Shown here: piece by piece, positions 47,674 to 57,340 of the stretch | Position numbering within the stretch: the stretch's first letter is position 1 | How the letters are laid out: each line of letters starts with the position of its first letter | Origin: Planctomycetota bacterium | Lineage (GTDB): Bacteria; Planctomycetota; JAJSAM01; JAJVHW01 | DNA length: 64,000 nucleotides | Reading direction: 5' to 3' | NCBI GenBank assembly: GCA_965248445.1 | Contig: CBDFJG010000004.1 | Span: forward strand, 288,001 to 352,000 | Notes under the pieces: model-generated | The model's database searches: none | What the model was told of the DNA's origin: nothing | The model's input: the letters and a program-made list of their open reading frames with translations, nothing else | Translations under genes and position numbers: made by a program

Positions 47674-49173
47674 GTAACCGTTCACCCCTTGACAGCGTGT
47701 GAGCCTCAGCGTGCGACGGGCAGCGGGACCATGACGGGCGGGTCGGCGCCGGTGAGGTGCGCGGCGACCGAGTCGGCGAGGAAGTCGAAGACTTGGTCGC
47801 CACGGCGTCGCAGCGTGGCCGCGGCGGTCAACACGCGCTCGGCGAAGCGGAGTCCGCGAGCGGACTGGCTTCCGAAGGAGCCCTTGCGCCAGAGCACCGC
47901 TTTGCGGACCGCGCGCTCGGCGGCGTTGTTCGTCGGACTCACGTCCTGGGTCCGCGCATAGGTGAAGAGGGCGACCACGCGGGGGCGCAGATGGTTGGCC
48001 AGAGCCGAGTCGTCGTTCGCGATCAGTCGCTCGAGCCGTCCGCGCAGCACAGCGGCTTCGCCTTGCAGCCGGTCACGGTCGCCGTGCTCACCGAAGAGCC
48101 GGTAGCTGCGCATGACCGACTGCGCGATCATGACGCCCTTGTTGCCGAAGCGGCGATGTCCTCGCGGGCCTTCGGCCAGCGCACGGAAGGCGCGCTCGAT
48201 GTGCGCCCAGCAGAGCTGGCGGCGGGCAAGTGGGTGTGACTCGTAGGCACCCATCCGGTCGCTGATCACCGTGCCACCGAAGCGCCGCCCGATCAGCCGC
48301 CCTTTCGCCTTGGCACTGCGGCGGCGATCGATCCCGAAGGCTGTGGCGTGCTCGCTCTCCGCCGCCCACAGCCAGCACACCCGGCCCCGTTCCTTCCACG
48401 ACGTCTCGTCCACGTTGGCTCGCAGCGACGTGCGGACTGCCCCGAGGGCTTCGAGGTACGACGAGTGCAGAGCGTCACTGAGCCGACGCTCACAGTCGCT
48501 GATCTTGCCCAGCGACATCTTCACACCGAAGATCTCACCGAGCAGCCGCTGCGTCTCCCGCACGCTCACGCGGTACACGCCGCGCAGCGCGCCGGCAAGT
48601 GTGGTCAGCCGCGGACCGAAGGCCCCGGTCGGCACGCCATCGGGCAGGACCGCCGTCGTGACCGCACGACAGCGCCGGCACCGCGCCTTGTGCAGCCGGT
48701 GCTCCCGCACCGTGACGAGCACGCGCGGGAGCACCGTCACCTGGTGCCGGTACGGATCGCCGATGCCCTGCTCGAGATCGTCGTGTCCGCACGCGTCGCA
48801 GAGGTCGGGACGGTGCTCCTTGGTCTCATCGACGTTGGACGGATCCACCAGCTCGCGCGCCGTGCCCTCATGGCCCGGCTGTCCGCCCTGCTTGCGACCG
48901 CTACGCGGCCTTCGGCCGCGACGGCGCTTGGACCACGCCGGGTCCGACGACGGAGGCCTCGAGCTGTTGCGGGAGTCACGCTTCAGACGCGACTCGAGCT
49001 CGTCGATGCGGCGCAGATGCTTCGCTTCGCGACGCTCCAGCTCCTCGATCCAGGCCAGAAGGCCCTCGACCATCGCCCGCAGATCCTCGTCCTGCCGCTC
49101 GCCCACAACATCTTGATCGACCGATGGCCGAACGATCTGGATACTGGCTCGCGACGAAGGGGTGAACGGTTAC
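47674..49173 (-). mobile_element. IS66-family element, single-ORF ISBst12 type (1500 bp)
   Basis: Perfect 17-bp TIR GTAACCGTTCACCCCTT / AAGGGGTGAACGGTTAC; no 8-bp target duplication. Confidence 0.92.
47706..49106 (-). CDS. IS66-family transposase (TnpC)
   Basis: DSRNSSRPPSSD, GGQPGHEG, zinc ribbon, VDETSW, QLCWAH, TNNAAERAVR. Confidence 0.95.
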   Translation of the reverse strand: MGERQDEDLRAMVEGLLAWIEELERREAKHLRRIDELESRLKRDSRNSSRPPSSDPAWSKRRRGRRPRSGRKQGGQPGHEGTARELVDPSNVDETKEHRPDLCDACGHDDLEQGIGDPYRHQVTVLPRVLVTVREHRLHKARCRRCRAVTTAVLPDGVPTGAFGPRLTTLAGALRGVYRVSVRETQRLLGEIFGVKMSLGKISDCERRLSDALHSSYLEALGAVRTSLRANVDETSWKERGRVCWLWAAESEHATAFGIDRRRSAKAKGRLIGRRFGGTVISDRMGAYESHPLARRQLCWAHIERAFRALAEGPRGHRRFGNKGVMIAQSVMRSYRLFGEHGDRDRLQGEAAVLRGRLERLIANDDSALANHLRPRVVALFTYARTQDVSPTNNAAERAVRKAVLWRKGSFGSQSARGLRFAERVLTAAATLRRRGDQVFDFLADSVAAHLTGADPPVMVPLPVAR

Positions 49174-49323
49174 GACGAACGAGGGCAGCGAGTGCGCGAG
49201 CCGCTCGGCGACGTAGCGCACGAGGGGCAGGTACTTCTCGAGGAGGATGTCTCGCGACTCCTCGGTGGGACTCGCCTTGTAGGCGGTCCACACGTCCTTC
49301 ACATCAGCATCTGAGATCCGCAT
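49174..49323 (-). pseudogene. 5' fragment of a third FliA/WhiG sigma factor, cut by IS66
   Basis: GGAGGA RBS; MRISDADVKDVWTAYK..SRDILLEKYLPLVRYVAERLAHSLPSFV aligns with the N-terminus of the 25131 protein. Confidence 0.85.
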
Positions 49324-49442
49324 CTCGTTCCTCCACCTGTTGCGCTCTGGACCGCGGTCAGGTGGAGCCCACGGGAGATCCCGCGGAGAGCGTGGCGCTC
49401 GTTCGTGCAGCTCTGCAGCTGAGACGACGGGCGCCTGCTCTT

Positions 49443-49538
49443 GACCGGTAGCTGGCTGCCACGAATCCCCGTGAGACTCCCCCGGGGACCAGGCCCTATA
49501 GCTTTGCGTCGCCACCTTTCGGTGGGTTTGCCCTGAGA
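49443..49538 (-). ncRNA. c-di-GMP-I (GEMM-I) riboswitch aptamer
   Basis: Minus strand CTCAGGGCAAACCCACC-GAAA-GGTGGCGACGCAAAGCTATAGGGCCTG...GGCAGCCAGCTACCG matches the RF01051 consensus architecture. Confidence 0.9.
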
Positions 49539-50125
49539 CGGTCCGTTGCGATGTCAAGTGGCCGCCCGGCGTTGTCCCGTGCCGGCTCGGCCGATCCCCT
49601 CCGCTTCCGGAGGCTTGGGAAACGTAGCACTCGCCCGTGCGCCGTCAACCCCACCATCCAGAATTGCCTCTCGGAGTGAGGAGAGCGCGCGTAAGTACCG
49701 CAGCTCAACGGTACTTACGGCGTCGATCACGTTATCGCAACGCCGCAGAATCCGGGAGACCGGCGGTCCGCCAGCCGGCCGGGACGGGAGACGCCGAGCC
49801 TGGGATGTCATGAATGCCAGACAGCGGGCGTCTCCCGCCCGCGACGTCTCTCGTCCACGCAGCGAGACGCGTCCAGCCGTGAGGACGGCTGTGCCGTTGC
49901 CGGAGAACTCGACGAGGCCACAGGTCCGGGACGCTGCCGTCGACGGCCTGGCGTAGCGAGTACACGGCGGGCACCGAGGTGCCCGCCGTGCCGAGACCTC
50001 ACGCCGGCCATCGATCGGGACGGATGGGAGGGAACCGCAAGAGGGGGTTCGGCCAGACGCGCTGTCGTCGGGCTAGAGGACGGGCCGGACCGGGCGTCGG
50101 TTACATGCGGCGCCTGTCGTCGTGC

Positions 50126-50569
50126 TCACGGTCGCCAGTGGTACTCGACATCCGGTTCGCTCTCGGGCGGCGGACTGAGACCGAATCGTACGGCCGTGAA
50201 CTCGTGCTTCTCGTAGAACTCGCAAGCCGGGGTGTTCTTCTGGTGTGTGCAGAGTTCGAGGCCGTCCGGCCGGAGCTGCTGGGCACGCTGCAACAGCGCC
50301 GTTCCGATGCCGCACCGTTGGTTCCGCGGGTGGATGTAGAGGCGGTCGATGTACGACTCGCGGATCGCCAGGAAGCCCGCGAGCCGCCCGGCGATCTCGG
50401 CAACCCAGACATCGTGCGTAGGGACGATGTTCTCTGCGAAGTACCCGACATCCTGCGTAAGCGTGTGCAGCTCGAGGTATGGATACGCGTCCTCCATCGT
50501 CTCGTGCCAGAGCAGGACGAGTGCGTCGAAGTCTTCCGGCCGGTAGCGCCGCAGAGTCGGGATTGCCAT
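50126..50569 (-). CDS. GNAT-family N-acetyltransferase
   Basis: IDRLYIHP..QRCGIGTALL, NTPACEFYEKHEF. Confidence 0.9.
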   Translation of the reverse strand: MAIPTLRRYRPEDFDALVLLWHETMEDAYPYLELHTLTQDVGYFAENIVPTHDVWVAEIAGRLAGFLAIRESYIDRLYIHPRNQRCGIGTALLQRAQQLRPDGLELCTHQKNTPACEFYEKHEFTAVRFGLSPPPESEPDVEYHWRP

Positions 50570-50633
50570 TGCGTCAGCACTCTACTGAGCTGCAAGCTGG
50601 CTCGGCATGCGTTTGGCGAGGCGGGGGCCGGCG

Positions 50634-51704
50634 CTAGCGGCGGCGGCCGCCGCCCGGATCCTGATCACGGGCGTCTGGATCGCCGCCGTCTTGCGCGTCG
50701 CCGTCGCGGCGTCGCTTCCTGCGATCGGGTCCGCGTTCCGAGCCACGTCGCGGGGCCTTCCGCCGGATCGAGGCTTCGGAGTACAGCCGGCGGACCTCGA
50801 CCTCGATCTGCGTGCGGCGCTCGGCCGCGGGCAGGTCCTTCGTCTGCTCCCAGAGCGTGCGCACCTCGGCGAGTTGATCGGGCCGAAGATGGAACAGCTG
50901 CCGGCGAGTGTCTTTCGACATCTCGCGGAACAGCACGCGCCGCACCTCGTACCAGTGCTGCTTCTGCTTGAAGCGCTGCACTTGACGGGCGCGCTCTTCG
51001 GGCGGTGAGCGGAGGAACGGATCGAGGAACGCGCTCTCGAACACCGGCGCGAAGTCCATCGCGTAGCGATCCATCTCGGCCTGCATGAACTCCCTCATGC
51101 GCGCGTGGCGTTCGCGGCCCTTCAGCGTGTCGAACTCGGTGCGTTCTGCTTCGGACAGGTCCTTGAGGACGTGCTCCTCGACACGCTGGCGTGCCTCGCG
51201 GGCCTTCTGGCGCCGTTCGTCCTCGGACAGGTTCTTCCACTCTTCTCGCTGCCACGGACCGGCCAGCTTCAGCATCGAGTTCTTGAAGTACGCGTGGAAC
51301 CGGCGCCGCGCCATCGCGTGGACGTAGGCGGTCTCGTCTTGCGACAGGTTCGCCAAGCGCGGCTTCCCGACCAGGTCGAGAAGCGCTTGGTGCCGCTCGC
51401 GCATCTTCTCGTGCTTCTTGCGGAGCGTCGCCGGATCGCGGCCGTCGAGGCCCAGCAGGCGGTCCTCGCCGATCTTCTGGACCTTCTTGCGCAGTTCCTT
51501 GCGGCGAGCCTCGGGCAACGACTTGAACCGCACCAGGGCACGCTTCAGGCGTGCCTTGCGGTCCTTGCCCATGCGCTCGACGAGGTCCATGCGGTACGCG
51601 AGGTCGCCCTTCGCCGCGTCCTGAGCGGTGGCGCTCGGGGACAAGAGCGTTGCGGCGCCGAGCGCCAGCGCAGCCAGCAACGACAGGCGGAAGCGGCGCG
51701 TCAT
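50634..51704 (-). CDS. Exported helical charged protein (DUF3106-like), third gene of the ECF operon
   Basis: Signal peptide ATA-QD; repeated L(P/S)xxER units. Confidence 0.7.
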   Translation of the reverse strand: MTRRFRLSLLAALALGAATLLSPSATAQDAAKGDLAYRMDLVERMGKDRKARLKRALVRFKSLPEARRKELRKKVQKIGEDRLLGLDGRDPATLRKKHEKMRERHQALLDLVGKPRLANLSQDETAYVHAMARRRFHAYFKNSMLKLAGPWQREEWKNLSEDERRQKAREARQRVEEHVLKDLSEAERTEFDTLKGRERHARMREFMQAEMDRYAMDFAPVFESAFLDPFLRSPPEERARQVQRFKQKQHWYEVRRVLFREMSKDTRRQLFHLRPDQLAEVRTLWEQTKDLPAAERRTQIEVEVRRLYSEASIRRKAPRRGSERGPDRRKRRRDGDAQDGGDPDARDQDPGGGRRR

Positions 51705-52292
51705 CTAGCCGCCCTCCTCGTCGGAGAGGAGCTCGTCGAGCGCATCGAGCGACTCGGTCTCGACGGACTCGAGCAGGTCGAGGTCCTCGATGAGCGCGAT
51801 CAGCTCGCTCGGGTCGCCCGAGCCGTTCAGTTCCTCGAGCGCGTCGAGGTTGGCCAGGAGGGGCAGATCCTCGGCGATCGCCTGGATCTCCTCCTCCGTC
51901 AGGACGTACGCGATCTCCGGCTCCGTCGAGTCCGACTGCTTGCCGTAGGGCGAGAAGTAGAACGCGAGGAACAGGGCCGCGGCAACTGCGGCTGCGACGG
52001 TCCACGGCCGGATCAGGCGGCCCCGCGGTGAGGATGCCGGCGCCCGCGCGGCCCGCAGCACCCGATCCGCGAACTGTGTGCCGGGCTCGATCGCCGGCAG
52101 GCCCGCGACGGCGTCGCCAGCCCGCGAGAGCAGAGCGGCCTCCGCATGGCACGCGGCGCAGGCGGAGAGATGCGCCTCGACGCGCGTCGAATCCGACGCG
52201 GTGAGCTCGCCGTCCAGGTGGGCGACGAGATCCTCGAGCGCCAGGTTCGGGCACCCTTGCGGGTTGATCGATGGGTTGTGCGGGGTGGTCAT
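51705..52292 (-). CDS. Zinc-binding (ZAS, zf-HC2) transmembrane anti-sigma factor
   Basis: LVAHLDGEL..VEAHLSACAAC; TM. Confidence 0.88.
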   Translation of the reverse strand: MTTPHNPSINPQGCPNLALEDLVAHLDGELTASDSTRVEAHLSACAACHAEAALLSRAGDAVAGLPAIEPGTQFADRVLRAARAPASSPRGRLIRPWTVAAAVAAALFLAFYFSPYGKQSDSTEPEIAYVLTEEEIQAIAEDLPLLANLDALEELNGSGDPSELIALIEDLDLLESVETESLDALDELLSDEEGG

Positions 52293-52346
52293 GGCTTGTT
52301 CAGGGGTTCGTGTTCGTCAGCGTGTTCGTCAGAGGCCGGTTCGTGT

Positions 52347-52946
52347 TCAGAGGTCGGGGGCGCTTCCGGCGTTCCAGTATGGCAGGAGGCGCTCCTTCAC
52401 GTTGACTCGCGCGCGGGTCAGCAGGCTCTTGATTGCGGGGACCGACAACTCCATCGCGTCGGCGGTCTCCTCGTAGGAGAGGCCCTGGTACTTGTTCAGC
52501 AGGATCGCCGTCTTCTGCCTCTCGGGCAGCGAGTCGATGATGGAACGCAGGACCTCGGCCACCTCGTTCTCGTCCAGCCGTCGCCCGGGCTCGGGGGCCG
52601 CCGCGTCCTCGAACTGAACGGCCAGTTCCCCGTCGGGGCCGGCCGGCATCTCGGCGCTGAAGCCCTTGCGCGCCTTCCTGGCCCGCAGGTGGTTCAGGCT
52701 GGCATTGACGGTGATCCGGTGGATCCACGTCGAGAACCGCGCTTTCGGCTCGTACCTCTCCTTCGCCCGGAAGACCCGGAGGAACACCTCCTGTGCCACG
52801 TCCTCGGCATCTGCCGTGGACCGGACATAGCGGAACGCCAGGCTCACGATCCGCTTCTGGAACCCGTGTACCAACTCCGCATACGCGTCCTCGTCGCCCC
52901 CCTGGAACCGGAGCATCAGTTCAGTCGCGGCGTCGAGGTCGGGCAC
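52347..52946 (-). CDS. ECF RNA polymerase sigma factor
   Basis: DAEDVAQEVFLRV, FSTWIHRI, LPERQK, LSYEETA..KSLLTRAR. Confidence 0.93.
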   Translation of the reverse strand: MPDLDAATELMLRFQGGDEDAYAELVHGFQKRIVSLAFRYVRSTADAEDVAQEVFLRVFRAKERYEPKARFSTWIHRITVNASLNHLRARKARKGFSAEMPAGPDGELAVQFEDAAAPEPGRRLDENEVAEVLRSIIDSLPERQKTAILLNKYQGLSYEETADAMELSVPAIKSLLTRARVNVKERLLPYWNAGSAPDL

Positions 52947-53103
52947 GTGCGGAATTGGCCACCGGCCCGCTTCTGGAACCCTCCGCCGCCCGAAGGGTTT
53001 CGGGGGGCCGGGGAGTCGAGGCTGCCGGGCTCGATTGGCGATCCTCGCAGCCGCCGGCAGGATCGTCCAGAGCGGGCGGGGCAGGCCGGTAGCCTTGCGC
53101 ACG

Positions 53104-56100
53104 ATGCGGAAGGCGCTCGTCGTGGCCCTGTTCCTGCTGTCGGGCGCGGCGGCGCTCGCCTACCAGGTCTCGTGGACCCGGCACCTTGTGCTGGTCTTCG
53201 GCAACACGACCCGGGCCGTGGCTCTGATTCTGGCGGCCTACATGCTCGGGCTGGCCCTCGGCTCCGAGTTCGGCGGGCGGCTGGCGGACCGGGCCAAGCG
53301 TCCGGTCCTGCTCTACGCGATCTTCGAGGCGGCCATCGGGATCTTCGCGCTCGCGTTCCCGCCTCTGGTGGGCGGCGTGCGCTCCACCTACATCTCGCTC
53401 GGTACCGACGCGTTTCCCGTCCTGTTTGGCGGTGCCTTCCTCGTGCTGCTCGTGCCGACGTTCCTGATGGGGACCACGCTGCCGCTCCTGGTGCGCACGG
53501 TCGTGCGGGATCCGGCGAAGACCGGCGGGGACGTCGGGCTGCTGTACGGCATGAACATCGTGGGCGCAGTGATCGGGACGGCGATCACAGGGTTCTGGCT
53601 GATCGAGCACGCCGGCGTGCTCGGCGCCACGCGCTACGCCGCCGCGCTCAACGTGCTGATCGCGCTGCTCGCGTTGGCCGTCCCGCGACTTCCCACGCGG
53701 AGTCCCCCCACGCCGGCCGCGCCGGTGGTCTCGGAGAAGGAGACGGTCGAGGTCGCCGTTCCTCCCGGGTCGCTGCGCGCCTCCAAGGCAGCCCAGTCCT
53801 CCACAACAGCAAGGGCGGCGATGATCGCCGCGTTCGGAGGCGGTCTCGTCGGACTCGCAGCCGAGGTCGTGTGGACGCGCCTGCTCGTGTTCTTCCTGCA
53901 GGGGTTCACGTACACGTTCACCGCGATGCTCGCCGTGTTCCTGTCGGGCCTCGCTCTCGGCGGATTCGTGTTCGGGCGCGTTGCGCTGCGCACGAAGCGG
54001 CCGGCACTCCTGGCCGGCCGGCTGCAACTGCTGCTGGGTGTGGCGTCGGCTGCGGCCTTCCTGGTGCTGGCCAACCACTACCCGCTGACAAAGGGGGTCT
54101 TCCGGTTCGTCGGTGAGAGCCTCGGCATCGAGACGCTCCGTCCGCGCCACATCACGTCGCTGCTGCTCGCGAGTGCGACCGTGCTCATCGTGCCCACGTT
54201 CCTGATGGGCGGCGTGCTTCCGTTGGCGGCCGCGGCGTACCAGCGCGGACTGGCCGACCTCGGCACACGCATCGGCCGCCTGTACGCGGCGAACACCATC
54301 GGCGCCGTGCTCGGCGCGCTGATCGCGGGCTTCCTGCTCGCACCGCTGGCCGGTCCGGCCTGGGCGGCGGTGTGGGTGGCGCTGGCCGCCGTCGGGACCG
54401 GCGCGCTTGTCGTGTTCACGGTCGATGGCGTACGCCGAACGGCGCTCCCGGTTGCGGCGGCCGTGGTTGCCACCGTCGTGCTGCTCGCGCTTGCCGAGCC
54501 GTCCCGTCCGTTCCTGACACGGTCGCACGTGTTCCTCGGTGCACGCGGCCGGGAGCACACGCTCCTCGATTCGCGCGAGGGCGTCGTGTGCCAGGTCTCC
54601 GTCGTCGAGAACGAGCGCGAGGGGTTCCGCCTTCTCTACACCGACGAGTTCCAGGCGGCCGGAACGCGGCCCGAGTACCGGTACATGCGCATGCTGGCTC
54701 ACTTGCCGGTGGCCATGACCGACGACCCGACGCGCGTGCTCGTCGTCTGCTACGGCACGGGGACGACCTGCGCCTCGGCCGCGACGCACCCCGAGGTGCG
54801 CGAACTCGACATAGTCGAGATCAGCCCCGAGGTGATCGACGTCGCGTCGTACTTCGGACACGTCAACAACAACGTGCTGTCGGGAGCCGGCCGGGACGAC
54901 CTGACCGTGCGCGTACACGTCGACGACGGCCGCAACTTCGTGCTCCGCAGCAAGGAGCAGTGGGGCGTCATCTCGCTCGAACCGCTGATGCCGTACACCC
55001 CGGCCGCGATTCACTTCTACACAGAGGACTTCTACCGCGAGTGCCGACCGCGCCTGACGGAGGGCGGCATGATGTGCCAGTGGATCCCGCTCCACGGCCT
55101 CTCTCGCGCGCACCTGCGCCAACTCGTGTCGGCGTTCGTCAACGTATTCCCGGGTGCGGCGATGTTCCACGTCGAGGGCGCCGTCGCGCTCATCGGCGGC
55201 AAGTCGCCGGTCACGCTCGACCACGGTGCCATCGCTTCCCGCCTCGCAGCTCCGCCGGTGGTGGCGGACCTGTCGGCTGCCGGATTTGCCGATCCCGTGC
55301 GCGCGTTGGCGACGGTCGTCTCGACGGGTGACGCCCTCGATGAGTTCGGCGCCGTCGAGCCGATGACCGACGAACACCCGTGGCTCGAGTTCCACCCGAT
55401 TCCGGCCGGTGTGCAGCCGAAGCACCTCTGGGAGAACCTCGGCGCGATGCGCGAACTGCGCGAGGCGTACGTTCGGCTCCCCGTCGAGAGAAACGCGCAA
55501 CTCGATGCGCGCTACGAGACCGCACGCGACGTCGGCAATCTGATCCTCGAGGCGCAGCACCTGCTCGAGGAGGCCGGACTGCTCCAGCGGCTGAAGCAGA
55601 CCGATGGGGCGCTGACCTCGCTTCGTGGCGCACGCGAAGCCCTCCATCACGCGACGGCGATCGATCCGGTCGATCCAGCAGCCCGCCGCGGGTACGAGTC
55701 CGTCGAGCGGACCTGGCGGACGATGTCGGCCGACGCCTACATACAGGCCGGTGACTTGCCGGCGGCCGAGCGCGAACTGAAGCGTGCGCTCGGGTACCGC
55801 ACGGAGACACAGCGGGACGTCGTCCCGACACTGCTCGCGACCGTGCTGAACCGCCGCGAGGAGTTCCTCGATGCGCTGTCTCACGCGACCGAGGCGACGA
55901 TGCTGTATCCCCGCGGCCGTGATGCGCTGGCAGAGCGCGCGTACGCGCGCGCAGCGCTCGGCGACATGGCGGGCGCCGCCGCGGACTATCGCCGCGCACT
56001 CGGTGACGACGACCCGGAGGTTCTGGGCGCGCGACTCGCAGGCGACGCGCGGCGTGCGCTCGACGCTGCGCCCGGCGACGACGAGGCGACGCTGACCGAG

Positions 56101-56694
56101 CGCATCGAGACCGCGCTGGGCGGACAACGGCTCGCCCGCATACCGGCGACGCACGTGCTGCGTCTGCTGCGAGCGGACCACCCCGACGGGTTCTCCACGC
56201 ACTTCGCAGACGACATCGCTGTGCTCGCGGCCGACGCCCCGGACCCCGGCGCGAAGATGGCGGCGCTCAAGCGGGTGTGGATCGCGGCGCCTCACGGGGC
56301 GGGGGACGCAGCGTTGCAGGTCGCTCGCGACCCACAGGCGTCGCAGTCCCTTGGCCGCGCCGCCACCGAGGCGTTCGCGGAACTCGCGCCCGGGCGGATC
56401 GACGAGTTGCTGGACGCCACTCTCCCCGTCCACGTTCTGGCCACGGCCGCGCGCGCCGCCGGCGGCTCGCCGTCGATGCGGCCGGGACCGGCACTGCTGG
56501 ATCTGCTGGAGCACGAGGACGCCGCAGTGCGCGACGGCGCGAGGCGCGGGCTCTACAGCCTGACCGGCGGCCGGCCGGATGCACTCGCGGTCCTCGACAC
56601 CACGGCGTGGCCCTCGGAGAGTTACAGCGATGCGGTGTTCGCCATCCGGGAGTGGTGGCAGCGGGCCTACGAGATGGGCGCGCCTCCCGAGTAG
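53104..56694 (+). CDS. Fused multi-TM / spermidine synthase-like protein with TPR and HEAT extension
   Basis: SGAAALAYQV, PTFLMGTTLP, LYAANTIGAVLG, GTGTT, VEISPEV, DDGRNF, QWIPLH; TPR-like helices. Confidence 0.88.
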   Translation: MRKALVVALFLLSGAAALAYQVSWTRHLVLVFGNTTRAVALILAAYMLGLALGSEFGGRLADRAKRPVLLYAIFEAAIGIFALAFPPLVGGVRSTYISLGTDAFPVLFGGAFLVLLVPTFLMGTTLPLLVRTVVRDPAKTGGDVGLLYGMNIVGAVIGTAITGFWLIEHAGVLGATRYAAALNVLIALLALAVPRLPTRSPPTPAAPVVSEKETVEVAVPPGSLRASKAAQSSTTARAAMIAAFGGGLVGLAAEVVWTRLLVFFLQGFTYTFTAMLAVFLSGLALGGFVFGRVALRTKRPALLAGRLQLLLGVASAAAFLVLANHYPLTKGVFRFVGESLGIETLRPRHITSLLLASATVLIVPTFLMGGVLPLAAAAYQRGLADLGTRIGRLYAANTIGAVLGALIAGFLLAPLAGPAWAAVWVALAAVGTGALVVFTVDGVRRTALPVAAAVVATVVLLALAEPSRPFLTRSHVFLGARGREHTLLDSREGVVCQVSVVENEREGFRLLYTDEFQAAGTRPEYRYMRMLAHLPVAMTDDPTRVLVVCYGTGTTCASAATHPEVRELDIVEISPEVIDVASYFGHVNNNVLSGAGRDDLTVRVHVDDGRNFVLRSKEQWGVISLEPLMPYTPAAIHFYTEDFYRECRPRLTEGGMMCQWIPLHGLSRAHLRQLVSAFVNVFPGAAMFHVEGAVALIGGKSPVTLDHGAIASRLAAPPVVADLSAAGFADPVRALATVVSTGDALDEFGAVEPMTDEHPWLEFHPIPAGVQPKHLWENLGAMRELREAYVRLPVERNAQLDARYETARDVGNLILEAQHLLEEAGLLQRLKQTDGALTSLRGAREALHHATAIDPVDPAARRGYESVERTWRTMSADAYIQAGDLPAAERELKRALGYRTETQRDVVPTLLATVLNRREEFLDALSHATEATMLYPRGRDALAERAYARAALGDMAGAAADYRRALGDDDPEVLGARLAGDARRALDAAPGDDEATLTERIETALGGQRLARIPATHVLRLLRADHPDGFSTHFADDIAVLAADAPDPGAKMAALKRVWIAAPHGAGDAALQVARDPQASQSLGRAATEAFAELAPGRIDELLDATLPVHVLATAARAAGGSPSMRPGPALLDLLEHEDAAVRDGARRGLYSLTGGRPDALAVLDTTAWPSESYSDAVFAIREWWQRAYEMGAPPE

Positions 56695-56850
56695 CGCGAG
56701 ACCGGCGTCACGTCGCGAAAAACGCCACGATCCGGCGGACGCGCCTATTCTTGGCGGCTTCGGGCTCGATACGAGCCCCAAGTCCTCACCGGTGAGCTCT
56801 CACCGAGTGCAGATCCAGCCCGCCATCACCGTCCGCAGGAGACCCGCCCC

Positions 56851-57276
56851 ATGCACGCAGTCATCGACACGACGAAGGGATCCATCACGTTCCGGTTCGA
56901 CCGGGAGAAAGCACCCACCACGGTGGAGAACTTCGTCAAGCTCGCGCGCAAGGGCTTCTACGACAAGACGACGTGGCACCGAGTCATCGACAACTTCGTG
57001 ATCCAAGGCGGCTGCCCGCGCGGCGACGGCCGCGGCGGTCCCGGCTACACGATCGATGCGGAGTTGTCCGACCGCAAGCACCTGCGCGGCACGGTTGCGA
57101 TGGCGCGCGGACGCAGTCTGAACAGCGCAGGTTCGCAATTCTACATCTGCCGCTCGACGCTCCCGCACCTCGACGGTCAGTACACGGTGTTCGGCACCGT
57201 GACGACCGGACTGGACGTGGTCGACAAGATCGGCATGGGCGACGAGGTGAAGCGGGTCTCGATCGTCGACGAATAG
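56851..57276 (+). CDS. Cyclophilin-type peptidyl-prolyl isomerase
   Basis: APTTVENF, HRVIDNFVIQGG, SAGSQFYI, HLDGQYTVFG. Confidence 0.95.
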   Translation: MHAVIDTTKGSITFRFDREKAPTTVENFVKLARKGFYDKTTWHRVIDNFVIQGGCPRGDGRGGPGYTIDAELSDRKHLRGTVAMARGRSLNSAGSQFYICRSTLPHLDGQYTVFGTVTTGLDVVDKIGMGDEVKRVSIVDE

Positions 57277-57340
57277 TCGCACAGCGCGCGTGAATCGCAG
57301 CGGCGGTGCGTCCCGGCGGGGGGCGTACCGCCGCTGTGAT

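Noticed and set aside
47667..49186. CGAGGGC as IS66 target duplication
   Set aside because: The right-hand copy is 6 bp away from the IR rather than adjacent; a 7-mer GC-rich match is likely chance
49546..50120. ORFs between the riboswitch and the GNAT gene
   Set aside because: No motifs, RBS or convincing composition; treated as promoter/terminator DNA (hairpin at about 49963-49990)
52306..52351. GTTCGTGTTC(GT)CAG short repeats between the ECF sigma and anti-sigma genes
   Set aside because: Short local duplications in a roughly 55-bp spacer; no evidence of function
52921..56781. 1286-aa minus-strand ORF (likewise 61076-63826 -, 28744-31941 +, 13288-15411 +, 32271-34379 +)
   Set aside because: Antisense or alternative-frame shadows of well-supported genes, expected in high-GC DNA; no motifs
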